The notes beneath the pieces were generated by a model, which did no database searches, was not told the DNA's origin, and saw only the letters and a program-made list of their open reading frames with translations. Positions 9,193 to 22,750 of a DNA stretch of 56,634 bases are shown here, in pieces. The DNA is taken from assembly GCA_002269645.1 (NCBI GenBank), contig NIVC01000927.1, forward strand, positions 347,601-404,234, in the 5' to 3' direction. Both the position numbers and the translations under genes were made by a program. The DNA is from Macrostomum lignano (lineage: Eukaryota). How positions within the stretch are numbered: the stretch's first letter is position 1; every line of letters begins with the position of its first letter.

Positions 9193-12100
9193 ATGTTTTG
9201 CATTAAGCCAGTCTTGCTGTACTATCTCTGCCTCGGCTGCTTGCTCTTGCCAATTGCCGACTGTCTGCTTCAAGTTGGTGCCGGTCTAGCTGACGTCACG
9301 GGACCGGTGTGTCAGGTTAATACGGTGAGTGCAGAGTATTCAAGCAATGAATGCAAAGGGTTGGGTAAGGATGTTGGTTATTTTATGAATGGTTCTGGCG
9401 CATAAAAACCCGTAGACATGCTATTAGTTGCTGGCACATGGCCTGTTTCTATTTTTAGCATTTCTAGCGCCATATAATAGGAATAAGGTGGGGAAATTCA
9501 CCTTTTACTTTAACAACGAGCTTGCTCCCAGTCCCAATTGACCAAGTGCAAGCAATCTGATTGAATCGGGATTATTGGGATATGCTGAATTGAAGAAATA
9601 TGAGGTGATGTGATCAATTCTTGCACTCTGTGGGTGGAGGTGGGTGCAACGAGCTCAATGTCACGCCATTCTTGAGCAAGAACTGCGTTTTTAAAGTACT
9701 TTTCGTATAGAAAAAATCTCAAGAAAAAGTGGCGATCTTTCTAATTAGCTTGTCTCAATGCTCAATAAATCCAGTTAGATACTATTGCACAATTTTTTAT
9801 AGTTGATGACGAAGCATTCACTTATGTTAAGAAAGGCATGGCTACTCTAGCTTTGTTTTAAAACTTAACTCGATAGAACTTTAATCCATAAATATTTCGA
9901 TCGATCCGCCTCAGATGGGCTACGCAAACGCGCACCTGTCGGGCCTGCACACCCGGCTATTTAGCAGAGCATTTGCATTTAAAGACTCAAATGGCCGCTA
10001 TGCTGCTTACGCTGTTATTGACATAGCCATGATATCGCATCTGATCAAGTTTGTGGTAAGTTCTGCTTCGGATTGTAAATATAATCTGCATATAAAGTTA
10101 ATTTTATAATCCAGCGGCATTGACATAAATTTTCTCCTTTGATTGACAGGTGGGCAATCGCCTAGCAGCTGAGACTAACGGCCGCTACTCAGAGGCCAAC
10201 GTGATGCTGTCGGCAACTCACACTCACGCTGGGCCAGGCGGCTATAATCAGGACCTGTTTCTGGTGCTTAACACTCCTGGCTTTGAGCGCAAACACTTTG
10301 ATTATATCGTTGATGGTATTGTGCAGGTTAGTTAGTTATTCTTGAATCTTGAATCTGCTAATTTCATTTGAAATTTCTTTAAAGTTCGGCTTTATTTTTT
10401 TAATTGATCAGCTCCTTCCTTTGCCGTCATTTACCACCCCACCTCACGCCACGCCTTCATTCGCTGATTGGTTGTTTTATCCTTATCTTTTATTTCCTAT
10501 CCCCCCCCAGTGCACGCGCCAACCACCTCACGCCACTCTCGGCTCTCCCTGTTTTTTGATTGGCTAACAAGTAAGTCTCTCCTGTTCTCTCTCCCTCCCA
10601 CATCATTTCTCTTGTTCCCTTAATTCTGATTGGCTGTCAGTTGCATCTGCGTCTTTTCTCTCCTGTCAGCAAACATATGGCAGCCTTGGCGTCTCTTATT
10701 CTTCTTCTTGATTCCAGCTGGATTTGACTCGAGATATCAACCAAGCACTAGTCGTTACGTTCACACATTTGGATTGATTTATTTTCCACGGATACGAGAT
10801 ACATATCCTGTTTAACACGCATGGTTTTTTTGGCGTATAGCGTGACTTGGCTTCTAAATCTAATTTACTTTTTCTCCCCCTCATTTCCTGTGCGGTGTGC
10901 GAACTCGCGTGTAAAGGCGCAGAGCTTTTTTCTTGCCAAGCGTAAAAATAGGGCCTTCAGTAGCAGGTGAACTTACTGTATGCAGCAAATCACACTTCAG
11001 TATAGCCACCTGGGACTGGCAGGAAAAGGATCTGTGTTTTTTTTCACAGTGCATGCAGTTGTAGTAGTCAGTCAGTTTATCCTGTCTTAATATTCCAATT
11101 CACCTGCACAGAGCATATTAACTGCCGATCAGAGAATGGCTCCGGCCAAGGTGTTCACAAATTCCGGGCAGCTGTACAATGCCAGCATCAATCGGCATCC
11201 ACATCAGTACCTGCTCAATTCAAAGGCCGAGAGAGCGCAGTGAGTTTAGACTGGCACTTGCCTGTTAATTTGGACTATCGATCTTCGGTACAAATACAGG
11301 CTCATCCGACCACTACCCAAACTTCTGTCTCCTTCAGCCAATCAAAATGCAGGCCCACCCGACCATTACCCCAGCAAGTGCCCCATCCAGCCAATCAAAA
11401 TGCAAGCCCAAGCCCATCCGACCATTACCCTAAATCCTGCCTCTTGGCCAATCAAAATGCAGGCCCATCCGACCACTACCTCACCCCTGCCCCCTTCAAC
11501 CAACCAAAATGCAGGCCCATCCGACCATTACCCCAACCCCTGCCCCCTCCAGCCAATAAAAATGCAGGCCCATCCGACCATTACTCCAACCCCTGCCCCC
11601 TCCAGCCAATAAAAATGCAGGCCCATCCGACCATTACCCCAACCCCTGCCCCCTCCAGCCAATAAAAATGCAGGCCCATCCGACCATTACTCCAACCCCT
11701 GCCCCCTCCAGCCAATAAAAATGCAGGCCCATCCGACCATTACTCCAACCCCTGCCCCCTCCAGCCAATAAAAATGCAGGCCCATCCGACCATTACCCCA
11801 ACCCCTGCCCCCTCCAGCCAATCAAAATGCAGGCCCATTCCACCATTGCACCAACCCCTGTCCCGTCCAACCGATCCAAATGCAGGCAATTCATTGCTCT
11901 ATTAATCCGCCCATCCGCAGATACGCCGACAACATTGATCGGGAGATGTTCCTGCTTAGATTTGATAACGCCGAGACTGGTCGGCCGATTGGTTCCGTGG
12001 CCTGGTTCCCTGTGCACGGCACCTCGTTAAACATGAGCAATCGCTACGTGAGCGGCGATAACAAAGGCGTTGCCAGTCTGTTAATGGAGAGCCACTTTGG

Positions 12101-15100
12101 CGACGGCTACGTGGCCGCGTTTTCGCAGGCCCATTCGGGCGACGTGACGCCGAACACGAGGGGCGCCTTCAACGCTAAGAATGGGAGCAAGTGTGACTCG
12201 CCTATTGTCGTGCGTGCCCTGCGGCCTCTGGGTGGGCTAGATAATTCCAGATAAATTAATCATCTAATTAATTAATCAGCTAATGAATGACCGAGACTAG
12301 CTAATGAATGACCGAGACTAGCTAATGAATGACCGAGACTAGCTAATGAATGACTGAGACTAGCTAATGAATGACCGAGACTAGCTAATGAATGACTGAG
12401 ACTAGCTAATGAATGACTGAGACTAGCTAATGAATGACCGAGACTAGCTAATGAATGACCGAGACTAGCTAATGAATGACCGAGACTAGCTAATGAATGA
12501 CTGAGACTAGCTAATTAATGACCGAGACTAGCTAATGAATGACCGAGACTAGCTAATGAATGACCGAGACTAGCTAATTAATGACCGAGACTAGCTAATG
12601 AATGACTGAGACTAGCTAATTAATGACTGAGACTAGCTAATGAATGACCGAGACTAGCTAATGAATGACCGAGACTAGCTAATGAATGACCGAGACTAGC
12701 TAATTAATGACCGAGACTAGCTAATGAATGACCGAGACTAGCTAATGAATGACCGAGACTAGCTAATTAATGACCGAGACTAGCTAATGAATGACTGAGA
12801 CTAGCTAATTAATGACTGAGACTAGCTAATGAATGACTGAGACTAGCTAATGAATGACCAGTACCTTTGAGCTAATGAATGAACAAGTCCTAATGATTGT
12901 AAGTAAAACTTGATTGCAACAATTTTTTACAAAATCGCTTCAGAAGACGTTCGATTGCCGATCGAAGGGCCCGGGCAAGGACCAATTTGAAAGCCTGATG
13001 ATTATCGGCCGAAAGCAGTTCGAAATGGCCCTTGTAAGTGCCAGTTGTGCACCAGTACTATATTTAATCAGTCTCTTAGTTACTTACACGTACCTACGCC
13101 CACTCACTTCGCCTACGCTCGCTAATGTCTGCAATTGTCAAAGATTTTTTAGCCCAACAGTTATAGGGTGTAGCAATTAAAGAATGAACACGGTTACACG
13201 GCTCAAGAAAGTCATATCGAGCTCTGAAAAGAAAAAATATTGCAAGACCAAAATGTTTACAGAATGTTGCCAGTTATAGAATTTGAAGCATTTTGGCCTC
13301 TCTTATCTTCGGCCCTTAAATGTCCGAGTCGTAGAAAAAGCAGTGAGACGCTTGTTACTTAAGATTTCCCCCCCCCTCCCTAGAGATTTGCCCGCCCCCT
13401 TGAGATTTGCCCCCGCCCGAGATTTGTCCCCCTTGAGATTTGCTCCCTATGAGATTTGTCCTCTTCCCTAGAGATTTGCCTACTCGAGATTTGCCCCCCC
13501 CTTTGAGATTTGACCCCCCCCCCGAACTTTGCCCCCCTTGAGTTTGCCCCCCAATGAGATTTGCCCCCTTGAGTTTTCCCCCATTGAGATTTGCCCTCTC
13601 CACTTGAGATCACATTGAAATGCGCCTTCTCCCCTTGAGATTTGTCCTCTCCCCTTGAGATTTGCCCTCTCCACTTGAGATTTGTCTTCTCCCCTTGAGA
13701 TTTGTCCTCTCCCCTTGAGATTTGTCCTCTCCCCTTGAGATTTGCCCTCTCCACTTGAGATTCGTCCTCTCCCCTTGAGATTTGTCCTCTTCCCCTGAGA
13801 TTGCCTTCTCTTGAGACTCTCCTACTAAGATCCCCCAGGCAGCTTTCAGAATCCCCCATATCTATCGCCATCCAGCCTTAGTTAGCTAGTCTTTTTGCGG
13901 ATATTCTCGGGTTTGTTTGAAGCAATTTTCTTAGGGGATTTCTCCTGATCCTCATGGCCCAGAGCATAAGTGAGTGAGAAGTGGTTGGAGACTGACATCT
14001 CCTATAGCCTAGGTTGGAGTTATCGGATGGGGGAACATGATATATCCATTCTAGTTATCTTATATTACTTACAGACCTATCTCATTTTGCTTGCTCATAT
14101 ATGCCGCTATATTTTGCCCTGGCTGTGCTATTTATAGAAACATGTTTGCAGCCGGGTGTGGCCACATGGGACTGCTATGTGATGCATGATTCTATTCAGT
14201 TTGAAAGCCTCCTAATTATGTTTTGATAATTATTTAGCAAAACAAAATAATGGCGCAGTTAACGAATGAGAGACAGGAAGCTGTTGCTAGGGGCGCATAG
14301 CAGGAACGCTAGATATGGTTGCTAGGACCCTCTAGCAGAGGTATAACCAGGGTTACTAGTAGAAGCACCAGGGGTTGCTAGGGAAGGGACGCTATTAAAG
14401 ATAAACCTGTAGTTGCTAGGGGCCAATTTCACTTGTTACGAGAGTATTATAAGCAATATGAACCCTCCCCAATGCTATTTTCATTCCGTCCAGAAACTCC
14501 ACCAGTCGGCAGCTGTTAGCGACCTGGTCGGCCGCGATCCCCAGCTAGCAACAGTTTACGACGTTCGCGATGTCACCTCGGAGGCTTTCCCGACGCCGTG
14601 GACAGGCGAGGCTAACAATAGGGATCAGAACTCGCCGCCGCTGCTGCGCGTCTGCCCAGCTGCGTTCGGATACGGTTTCTGCGGCGGCACCGTTGACGGC
14701 TATGGCCTGTTTGACTATTTCACTATGGGCCGGCGCCAGTCTAGCGTATTGATTAACCTCATCAGGGATATCATGGGTCCCGTGACACCGGCTGATCAGG
14801 CCTGTCACGGCACTAAACAGATCTGCATGAATGCGGGTCGGGTGCGTTTGTAGGGCCTTTGTTGCCTTTGTCGCGCCTTTCCTGCCCTTTTCTGCACCCC
14901 ATCCCCCGCCTTCTCCTCTCTGCACCCCCAGCCCACGCCTTTTCCTACCCTTCTCTGCACACTCACCCCACATACTGCCATTCTCTGCACTCCCACCCCG
15001 TGCCTTTTCCTATCCTTCTCTGCACACTCACCCCACTTCTTATCCTGACCTGCCCTTCTCTGCACACCCACCCCACGCTTTTTCCTGCCCTTCTCTACAC

Positions 15101-18100
15101 CCAACCCCACGCCATTTTCCTGCCCTTCTCTGCACCCCCACCCCACGCCTTTTCCTACCCTTCTCTGCACACCCATCCCACGCCTTTTCCTGCCCTTCTC
15201 TGCACCCCCACCCCACGCCTTTTCCTACCCTTCTCTGCACACCCATCCCACGCCTTTTCCTGCTCTTCTCTGCACCCCCACCCCACGCCTTTTCCTGCCC
15301 CTTCTGACTTCTCTGCACCCAGCCAACTTAGCCTTCTTATAACTCCACTCTCGCATTCGAGGACGAACTTCATTCATAGCTCAAAGCTAAGAATGTGTTT
15401 TAATAAAAATTTCAGATAATGTGGTCGGATATTCCATTTATGTCGAACACTGTGCCAACGCAAATCATGCGAATTGGACAGTTGTTTATAACGGCACTGC
15501 CGGCAGAGATGACCACCATGTCGGGAAGGAGGCTAGTTGAGCATTTGAAACGGGTGAGTTAATAAATTATATCGATTAAAATATTGGTATTTGGCATGGT
15601 AGATCCTATTCACGTTTTGTAATCTAATATTACGAGTATCTCATTGGTGTTTTTTGTTGCAGACTTCAGGATTTCCAAAGAACGGAAAAGTCCAATTAAA
15701 CGGCTTGTCCAATGGGTACTTCTTCTATGTTACCACCGAGCATGAGTACAATGTGAGCAATACAGTTATGATGAAGCTATCGGAGATTAAGTTACGTTCG
15801 TATTATTGTGGACTGAGGATCTCAGGGATTAGGGATCGCGATCATGGGATTAGAGATCAGGGATATGAGATTAGAAATCGGGGATCATGGGATTAGAGAT
15901 CGGGGATCATCGGATTAGAGATCGGGGATCATGGGATTAGAGATCGGGGATCATGGGATTAGAGATCGGGGATCATGGGATTAGAGATCTGGGATCATGG
16001 GATTAGGGATTAGGTTTTAAGCTCGGAATATTATAGACTGGGGATCCTAGAATTAGGGATCGGGATCCCAGGATTAGGAATCGGGATCCTAGGATTAGGG
16101 ATCGGGATCCCAGGATTAGGGATCGGGATCCTAGGATTAGGGATCGGGATCCCAGGATTAGGGATCGGGATCCTAGGATTAGGGATCGGGATCCCAGGAT
16201 TAGGGATCGGGAGCCTAGGATTAGGGATCGGGATCCTAGGATTAGGGATCGGAATCCTAGGATTAAGGATCGGGATCTCAGGATTAGGGATTGGGATTCG
16301 GGATCCTAGGATTAGAGATCGGGAGCCTAGGATTAAGGATCGAGACCTAAGGATTAGGATTACTGTCTAGACTTAGCACTCTTCGTGCCGCCTCGTAGGG
16401 CACATACTACGAAGCAGGCGCCACTCTGTACGGGCCCAACACGCTCGCCTACTACGCCTGGCACCTGGCCCGCCTCATGTCGCACCTGCTGGGGACCGGC
16501 AGTCAGCCGCCACTCCAGCTGCAGGCCAGCGACGCCAATTTAGACAAGTCGCAGCGCCTGGAGCAGATCGCCGGCCAGCCCAATACTGGCTACGATTTTG
16601 CCGGCCTGACTGCCAATTTTGGTGATCCGCTTAATGCCACTAGGCGGGCCTATGCTCCGGTGAGTACGCTTCGCTGGTTTACCTTTCACTCCGCCTGTCT
16701 GTCACACTTATGGTTAGTTCACTCTCACTCCGCCTGTCAGACTCGTGGTTAGTTCACTCTCACACCGCCTGTCACACTTATGGTTAGTTCACTCTCACAC
16801 CGCCTGTCACACTTATGGTTAGTTCACTCTCACTCCGCCTGTCACACTTATGGTTAGTTCACTCTCACTCCGCCTGTCACACTTATGGTTAGTTCACTCT
16901 CACTCCGCCTGTCTGTCAAACTTATGGTTAGTTCACTCTCACTCTGCCTGTCAGACTCATGGTTAGTTCACTCTCACTCTGCCTGTCAGATTCATGGTTA
17001 GTTCACTCGCATGTCTTTCACACTCATGGTTAGTTCACTCTCACTCTGCCTGTCAGATTCATGGTTAGTTCACTCTCACTCTGCCTGTCAGACTCATGGT
17101 TAGTTCACTCTCACTCTGCCTGTCACACTTATGGTTAGTTCCCTCTCACTCCGCCTGTCAGATTCATGGTTAGTTCACTCTCACTCCGCCTGTCTTTCAC
17201 GCTCATGGTTAGTTCACTCTCACTCCGCCTGTCTTTCACACTCATGGTTAGTTCACTCTCACTCCGCCTGTCTTTCACACTCATGGTTAGTTCACTCTCA
17301 CTCTGCCTGTCAGACACATGGTTAGTTCACTCTCACTCTGCCTGTCACACTCATGGTTAGTTTATTCTCACACCGCCTGTCTGTCATACTTATGGTTAGT
17401 TCACTCTCACTCCGCCTGTCACACTTATGGTTAGTTCATTCTCACACCGCCTGTCACACTTATGGTTAGTTCCCTCTCACTCCGCCTGTCAGATTCATGG
17501 TTAGTTCACTCTCACTCCGCCTGTCTTTCACGCTCATGGTTAGTTCACTCTCACTCCGCCTGTCTTTCACACTCATGGTTAGTTCACTCTCACTCCGCCT
17601 GTCTTTCACACTCATGGTTAGTTCACTCTCACTCTGCCTGTCACACTTATGGTTAGTTCACTCTCACTCCGCCTGTCTTTCACACTTATGGTTAGTTCAC
17701 TCTCACTCTGCCTGTCAGACTCATGGTTAGTTCACTCTCACTCCGCCTGTCTTTCACACTCATGGTTAGTTCACTCTCACTCCGCCTGTCTTTCACACTC
17801 ATGGTTAGTTCACTCTCACTCCGCCTGTCTTTCACACTCATGGTTAGTTCACTCTCACTCTGCCTGTCTTTCACACTCATGGTTAGTTCACTCTCACTCC
17901 GCCTGTCTTTCACACTCATGGTTAGTTCACTCTCACTCCGCCTGTCTTTCACACTCATGGTTAGTTCACTCTCACTCCGCCTGTCTTTCACACTCATCGT
18001 TAGTTCACTCTCACTCTGCCTGTCACACTTATGGTTAGTCCACTCTCACACCGCCTGTCTTTCACACTTATGGTTAGTTCCCTCTCACTCCGCCTGTCTG

Positions 18101-19964
18101 TCACACTGTCTATCACTCCCCCCTCCTGTCGCACTTAGGGTGAGTCGGTGCAGCTGAGCTTCATCTCGTGCAATCCGCGCAACTCTCTGGCTTTGCGCGG
18201 CCATTCATTTGTGCTGGTGGAGCGGTACAGCGAGCGGCTGCACCGTTGGATAGTTGCCAGCACAGACTCGGGCCTGTATACCAGGTTAGTTAGCGCTTGC
18301 TATTTACTGTTTAAAATCTTAATAGCTATAAACCTAAATAGACAATCGCTCCTCACCTAAATAGACAATCGCTCCTCACCTAAATAGAGAATCGCCCCTC
18401 ACCTAAATAGACAATCGGCCCTCACCTAAATAGACAATCGGCCCTCATCTAAATAGACAATCGGCCCTCACCTAAATAGACAATCGGCCCTCACCTAAAT
18501 AGACAATCGCTCCTCACCTAAATAGAGAATCGCCCCTCACCTAAGTAGACAATCGGCCCTCACCTAAATAGACAATCGGCCCTCATCTAAATAGACAATC
18601 GCCCCTCACCTAAATAGAAAATCGGCCCTCACCTAAATAGACAATCACCCTCACGTAAACAGAGAATCGGCCCTCACCTAAACAGAGAATCACCCTCATC
18701 TTAAAAAGAGAATCGCCCTCACGTAAACAGAGAATCAGCCCTCACCTAAACAGAGAATCACCCTCATCCTAAAAAGAGAATCGCCCTCACCTAAATAGAG
18801 AATCGCCCCTCACCTAAATAGACAATCGGCCCTCACCTAAATAGACAATCGGCCCTCATCTAAATAGACAATCGGCCCTCACCTAAATAGACAATCGGCC
18901 CTCACCTAAATAGACAATCGGCCCTCACCTAAATAGACAATCGGCCCTCACCTAAATAGACAATCGCCCTCACGTAAACAGAGAATCAGCCCTCACCTAA
19001 ACAGAGAATCACCCTCATCCTAAAAAGAGAATCGCCCTCACGTAAACAGAGAATCGGCCCTCATCTAAATAGACAATCGCCCCTCACCTAAAAAGAGAAT
19101 CGCCCTCACCCACCAAGCCAATCGCCCAAACACCGCCACTTCCAACTCGCAGATTCCGCTGGTATCCGCAAGCTTTCTTTCAAAGCGTTGCCAGGGTAAC
19201 TTGGACCATTCCGGCCGGCCAGCAACCGGGCGACTATCGGATCCGGCACCAAGGCCACTGCCGGCCACTCATGTCCGGAATGCTGGCCGCCGATGTCCGG
19301 CCATTCAGTGGAGTGTCCGGCCGCTTTCGCGTGCTTCCAGACGGACTTTGGCAGCCTGGTAGGTTAAAAATATTGGGCTTGAGTGACCGGGCTTGTGTGT
19401 TGTCACCACTACCACCATCTGCTCAGTGTGCTGCCACCATCTGCTCAGTGTGTTGCCACCGTCTGCTCAGTGTGCTGCCACCGTCTGCTCAGTGTGCTGC
19501 CATCGTCTGCTCAGTGTGCTGCCACCATCTGCTCAGTGTGCTGCCATCGTCTGCTCAGTGTGCTGCCACCGTCTGCTCAGTGTGCTGCCACCGTCTGCTC
19601 AGTGTGCTGTCTGAGCAATGCAAGATACAAAACCTGTCTACCTGGCGGGGGGGGGGGTTCGTGATAAAGCAAATCAAATTTCACTTCCATTGGACGAAAT
19701 CTGCTTAAATTAAACTGGCGTTCTACAATTTCGAAATTCAAGGCAGTTTCTGTTTCTCAATTCGTTTCAGGCAAATCCTTGATGGAGGAGCCTGGCTGGG
19801 CTCAGCGGGACTCAAATCTTCAGCTCAGCTTGAGCGGCAGTCCAGCAGCAGCAATGACTGCAGATGCAGCTTCAACTCTCCGCTTCTGGCCGAGTCTGCT
19901 GCTGACAGGAACGAATTTCTGCTTCTGCATGCTGTTAAACTATTGCTTCAGCATTGGCTTATAG
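9193..19964 (+). CDS. ASAH2: Neutral/alkaline non-lysosomal ceramidase-like protein, 13 exons, 779 aa
   Basis: Exons: 9193-9324, 9915-10055, 10150-10326, 11112-11239, 11921-12209, 12944-13033, 14494-14841, 15416-15553, 15663-15752, 16399-16659, 18139-18284, 19153-19358, 19771-19964. All introns are GT-AG, phases are consistent, and the total is 2340 nt. Motifs: signal peptide, GAGLADVTGP, MGYAN, SATHTHAGPGG, WFPVHGTS, GDNKG, GDVTPN, AEMTTMSGRRL, YEAGATLYGP, NPRN, GDYRIRH. Confidence 0.92.
11290..11880 (+). repeat. ~53-bp minisatellite in ceramidase intron 4
   Basis: Unit CAGCCAATAAAAATGCAGGCCCATCCGACCATTACTCCAACCCCTGCCCCCTC. Confidence 0.9.
12280..12860 (+). repeat. 21-bp minisatellite in ceramidase intron 5
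   Basis: Unit CCGAGACTAGCTAATGAATGA. Confidence 0.95.
13358..13810 (+). repeat. ~20-bp minisatellite in ceramidase intron 6
   Basis: Unit TTGAGATTTGTCCTCTCCCC and variants. Confidence 0.9.
14860..15320 (+). repeat. 35-bp pyrimidine-rich minisatellite in ceramidase intron 7
   Basis: Unit ~TGCCCTTCTCTGCACCCCCACCCCACGCCTTTTCC. Confidence 0.9.
15822..16360 (+). repeat. 21/22-bp minisatellite in ceramidase intron 9
   Basis: Units GGGATTAGAGATCGGGGATCAT and AGGATTAGGGATCGGGATCCT. Confidence 0.9.
16665..18110 (+). repeat. 35/39-bp minisatellite filling ceramidase intron 10
   Basis: Unit CATGGTTAGTTCACTCTCACTCCGCCTGTC(TTTC)ACACT. Confidence 0.95.
18335..19112 (+). repeat. 23-bp minisatellite filling ceramidase intron 11
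   Basis: Unit AAATAGACAATCGGCCCTCACCT. Confidence 0.95.
19408..19612 (+). repeat. 22-bp minisatellite in ceramidase intron 12
   Basis: Unit CTGCCACCGTCTGCTCAGTGTG; the Cys-rich ORFs here are repeat translations. Confidence 0.95.
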
Positions 19965-20261
19965 TTAATAACTGAAATGTATTACTCGTAGTAAACTAGC
20001 ACTTTATCCAGAGTTGCCATGCAGAGTCTGGCTGTGAATCCCGTCTCGTTCTTGAATTTTTATAACAGATTTTTCTAGCTCATAAATATCTTCATACCGC
20101 AAAGTATCTTCTGCACTTTTCTAAACTGTCTTTGTCACTGCCGTGCCGTGTGCGCGCGACCCCTGTGAAAGATTGGAAGCTTTCCTTTTATTCTAGCACT
20201 AAATTCGCAATATCTCGAGTTCGTTTTTCTTAGAAATGAGCTGGATTAGTATGCTCTCGAG

Positions 20262-21100
20262 AGACTAAATACTCGCCCCTCACCTAAATAGAGACTCGCC
20301 CCTCACCTAAATAGAGACTCGCCCCTCACCTAAATAGAGACTCGCCCCTCACCTAAATAGAGACTCGCCCCTCACCTAAATAGAGACCCGCCCCTCACCT
20401 AAATAGAGACTCGCCTCTCACCTAAATAAAGACTGGCCCCTCACCTAACTTGACTCGCCCCTCACCTAAATACTCGCCCAACAACCTAAATACTCGCCTC
20501 TCACCTAAATACTCGCCCCTCACCTAAATACTCGCCCCTCACCTAAATAGAGACTCACCTCTCACCTAAATAGAGACTCGCCCCTCACCTAAATAGAGAC
20601 TCGCCCCTCACCTAAATACTCGCCCCTCACCTAAATAGAGACTCGCCCCTCACCTAAATACTCGCCCCTCACCTAAATAGAGACTCACCTCTCACCTAAA
20701 TAGAGACTCGCCCCTCACCTAAATAGAGACTCGCCCCTCACCTAAATACTCGCCCCTCACCTAAATAGAGACTCGCCCCTCACCTAAATACTCGCCCCTC
20801 ACCTAAATAGAGACTCGGCCCTCACCTAAATACTCGCCCGTCGCCCCTCACCTAAATAGAGACTCGCCCCTCACCTAAATACTCGCCCCTCACCTAAATA
20901 CTCGCCCCTCACCTAAATAGAGACTCGCCTCTCACCTAGATACTCGCCTCTCACCTAAATACTCGCCCCTCACCTAAATACTCGCCTCTCACCTAAATAC
21001 TCGCCCCTCACCTAAATAGAGACTCGCCCCTCACCTAAATACTCGCCCCACACCTAAATAGAGACTCGCCCCTCACCTAAATACTCGCCCCTCACCTAAA
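20262..21100 (+). repeat. 23/19-bp minisatellite downstream of the ceramidase stop
   Basis: Units AAATAGAGACTCGCCCCTCACCT and AAATACTCGCCCCTCACCT. Confidence 0.95.
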
Positions 21101-22750
21101 TCGTTTTTTAAGAAAATCGAGTTGTAGCGACCTTCTACTACAATTTTCCGTGATTTCTTGTCTAGCAAAAGTTTTTGCTTCAAGTGCAGGCAAAGGCCGG
21201 CAAGCATGCAAGCAAAGAAATAGACGCTATATTGACAAGTTGGAGGTGAAAGTGAAACTTTGAAATAATGACAAATTTTCACGATCTGGGAGTTATAATT
21301 GCTAAATTAGTCTAATTAGCTCTAACTCAGGTATTAACTCGATATTAGATGAATATTTGCATAATTAATTAGTTGCTTTGCTGAGCTTCCGTCTTTACTT
21401 AATAATTAAACTGCGATCTGACCCTTTGTCTGTTTAGTGATTAATTCGTGTTCAAATTATTATTAATCTGGCTGTATGATTTTTGTTGGCAGCCATTTGC
21501 TTGCTATTAATCTTGTTAGTGCTTTCAAAAACCTGTTTTTTCTACGTTTCTCCCCTTTAATCCGGTTCCCGTGAAGAAATCATCCATTTTCAGCTCTTTG
21601 TTTAATCAGGTGAGAAAACTGCATACAATTTGCATTATTTATTACCAACTGATTGAATTAATTTTATTCCTTCTATTCGATACAGTTTGTATTATTATGT
21701 ATTTAATCAGTCAGGACTTTCTACTTGCAGTAGCTTGAAAGCTTAATCGGATTAATATTTGACTCATAATTGGCCTATTGATTGCAATTCAAAACGCAAA
21801 TATTGTTGACGCAAATATTTGCTGATCGAAGTAATTAATCATTTCTTAAATCATTGATTATAAAAACGTGGAATTTTTTTCTACACACTGTAACACTTGT
21901 CTATGATAAATAATGAATCCTGTTTATCAATTAACCGTTATTTTCTTCGTTACTCTTGTTTACGGCTGCTTTTACAAATTACAGTTCTACCGCTACTAAG
22001 CTTCATCTGTATTTGCGTTCCACAGAACAGGAGTTCAATAAAATAGTCCTAACATGATCTTATAACTTTCAATTTCTCTATCGATGTTTTGTTAGTTTCC
22101 AAAGTGTCACGTGACACTTATAGTAGCTATTTTTATATATTTAGCGCCGCATTAGTAAGCTGTACTAATCGCGTGTCTTTGACTCCTAACGTGTTTGATG
22201 GGTGCTTTGATTGTTATATATTTAATTATTACTGTTATATGACCTACTAATTTCTCTGTTCACAGTTATTAAAAGTGCATTCGGTTGATGCTAATTTACA
22301 GTTTAGTGTCCAGCTACATAATTTACACACGGTTTCCGTTTTGTTAAAATAATTTTCCTAAAAGGGGCTTACTGACACTAGCATGTACCGTACACATGCG
22401 ATGTACATGTATACATTTGTACAGTGTACCTAGTATTTTTATATGTACAAACACGGCTAGTTATAAACTCGATAGCATATATGATTAAGTTGATAAAAAT
22501 GAAGTAAATCTTTTTATATCTATGTCTATGTCTATTGCATTTGTCGTGCTACATTGAGTTAGAAAACGAACATACTGTAAGTTGAAATCATGTGCAATAA
22601 TAAAGATGTACTAGTACATGCAGTTAGGTCATAGATAACAGGAAAATTTCTGACTGTGAAACTCCGACTGAGAGACAATGAAACCTAAAACCTAAAACTG
22701 GACATCTAACACGGCACTCCAAGACAATTTTCGAGAGAAGCGAGAGCTAT

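Noticed and set aside
12994-13014. Hammerhead-like CTGATGA…GAAA, and a similar look-alike near 55553-55566
   Set aside because: The first lies in a ceramidase coding exon and cannot form stem II. The second lacks the CUGANGA core.
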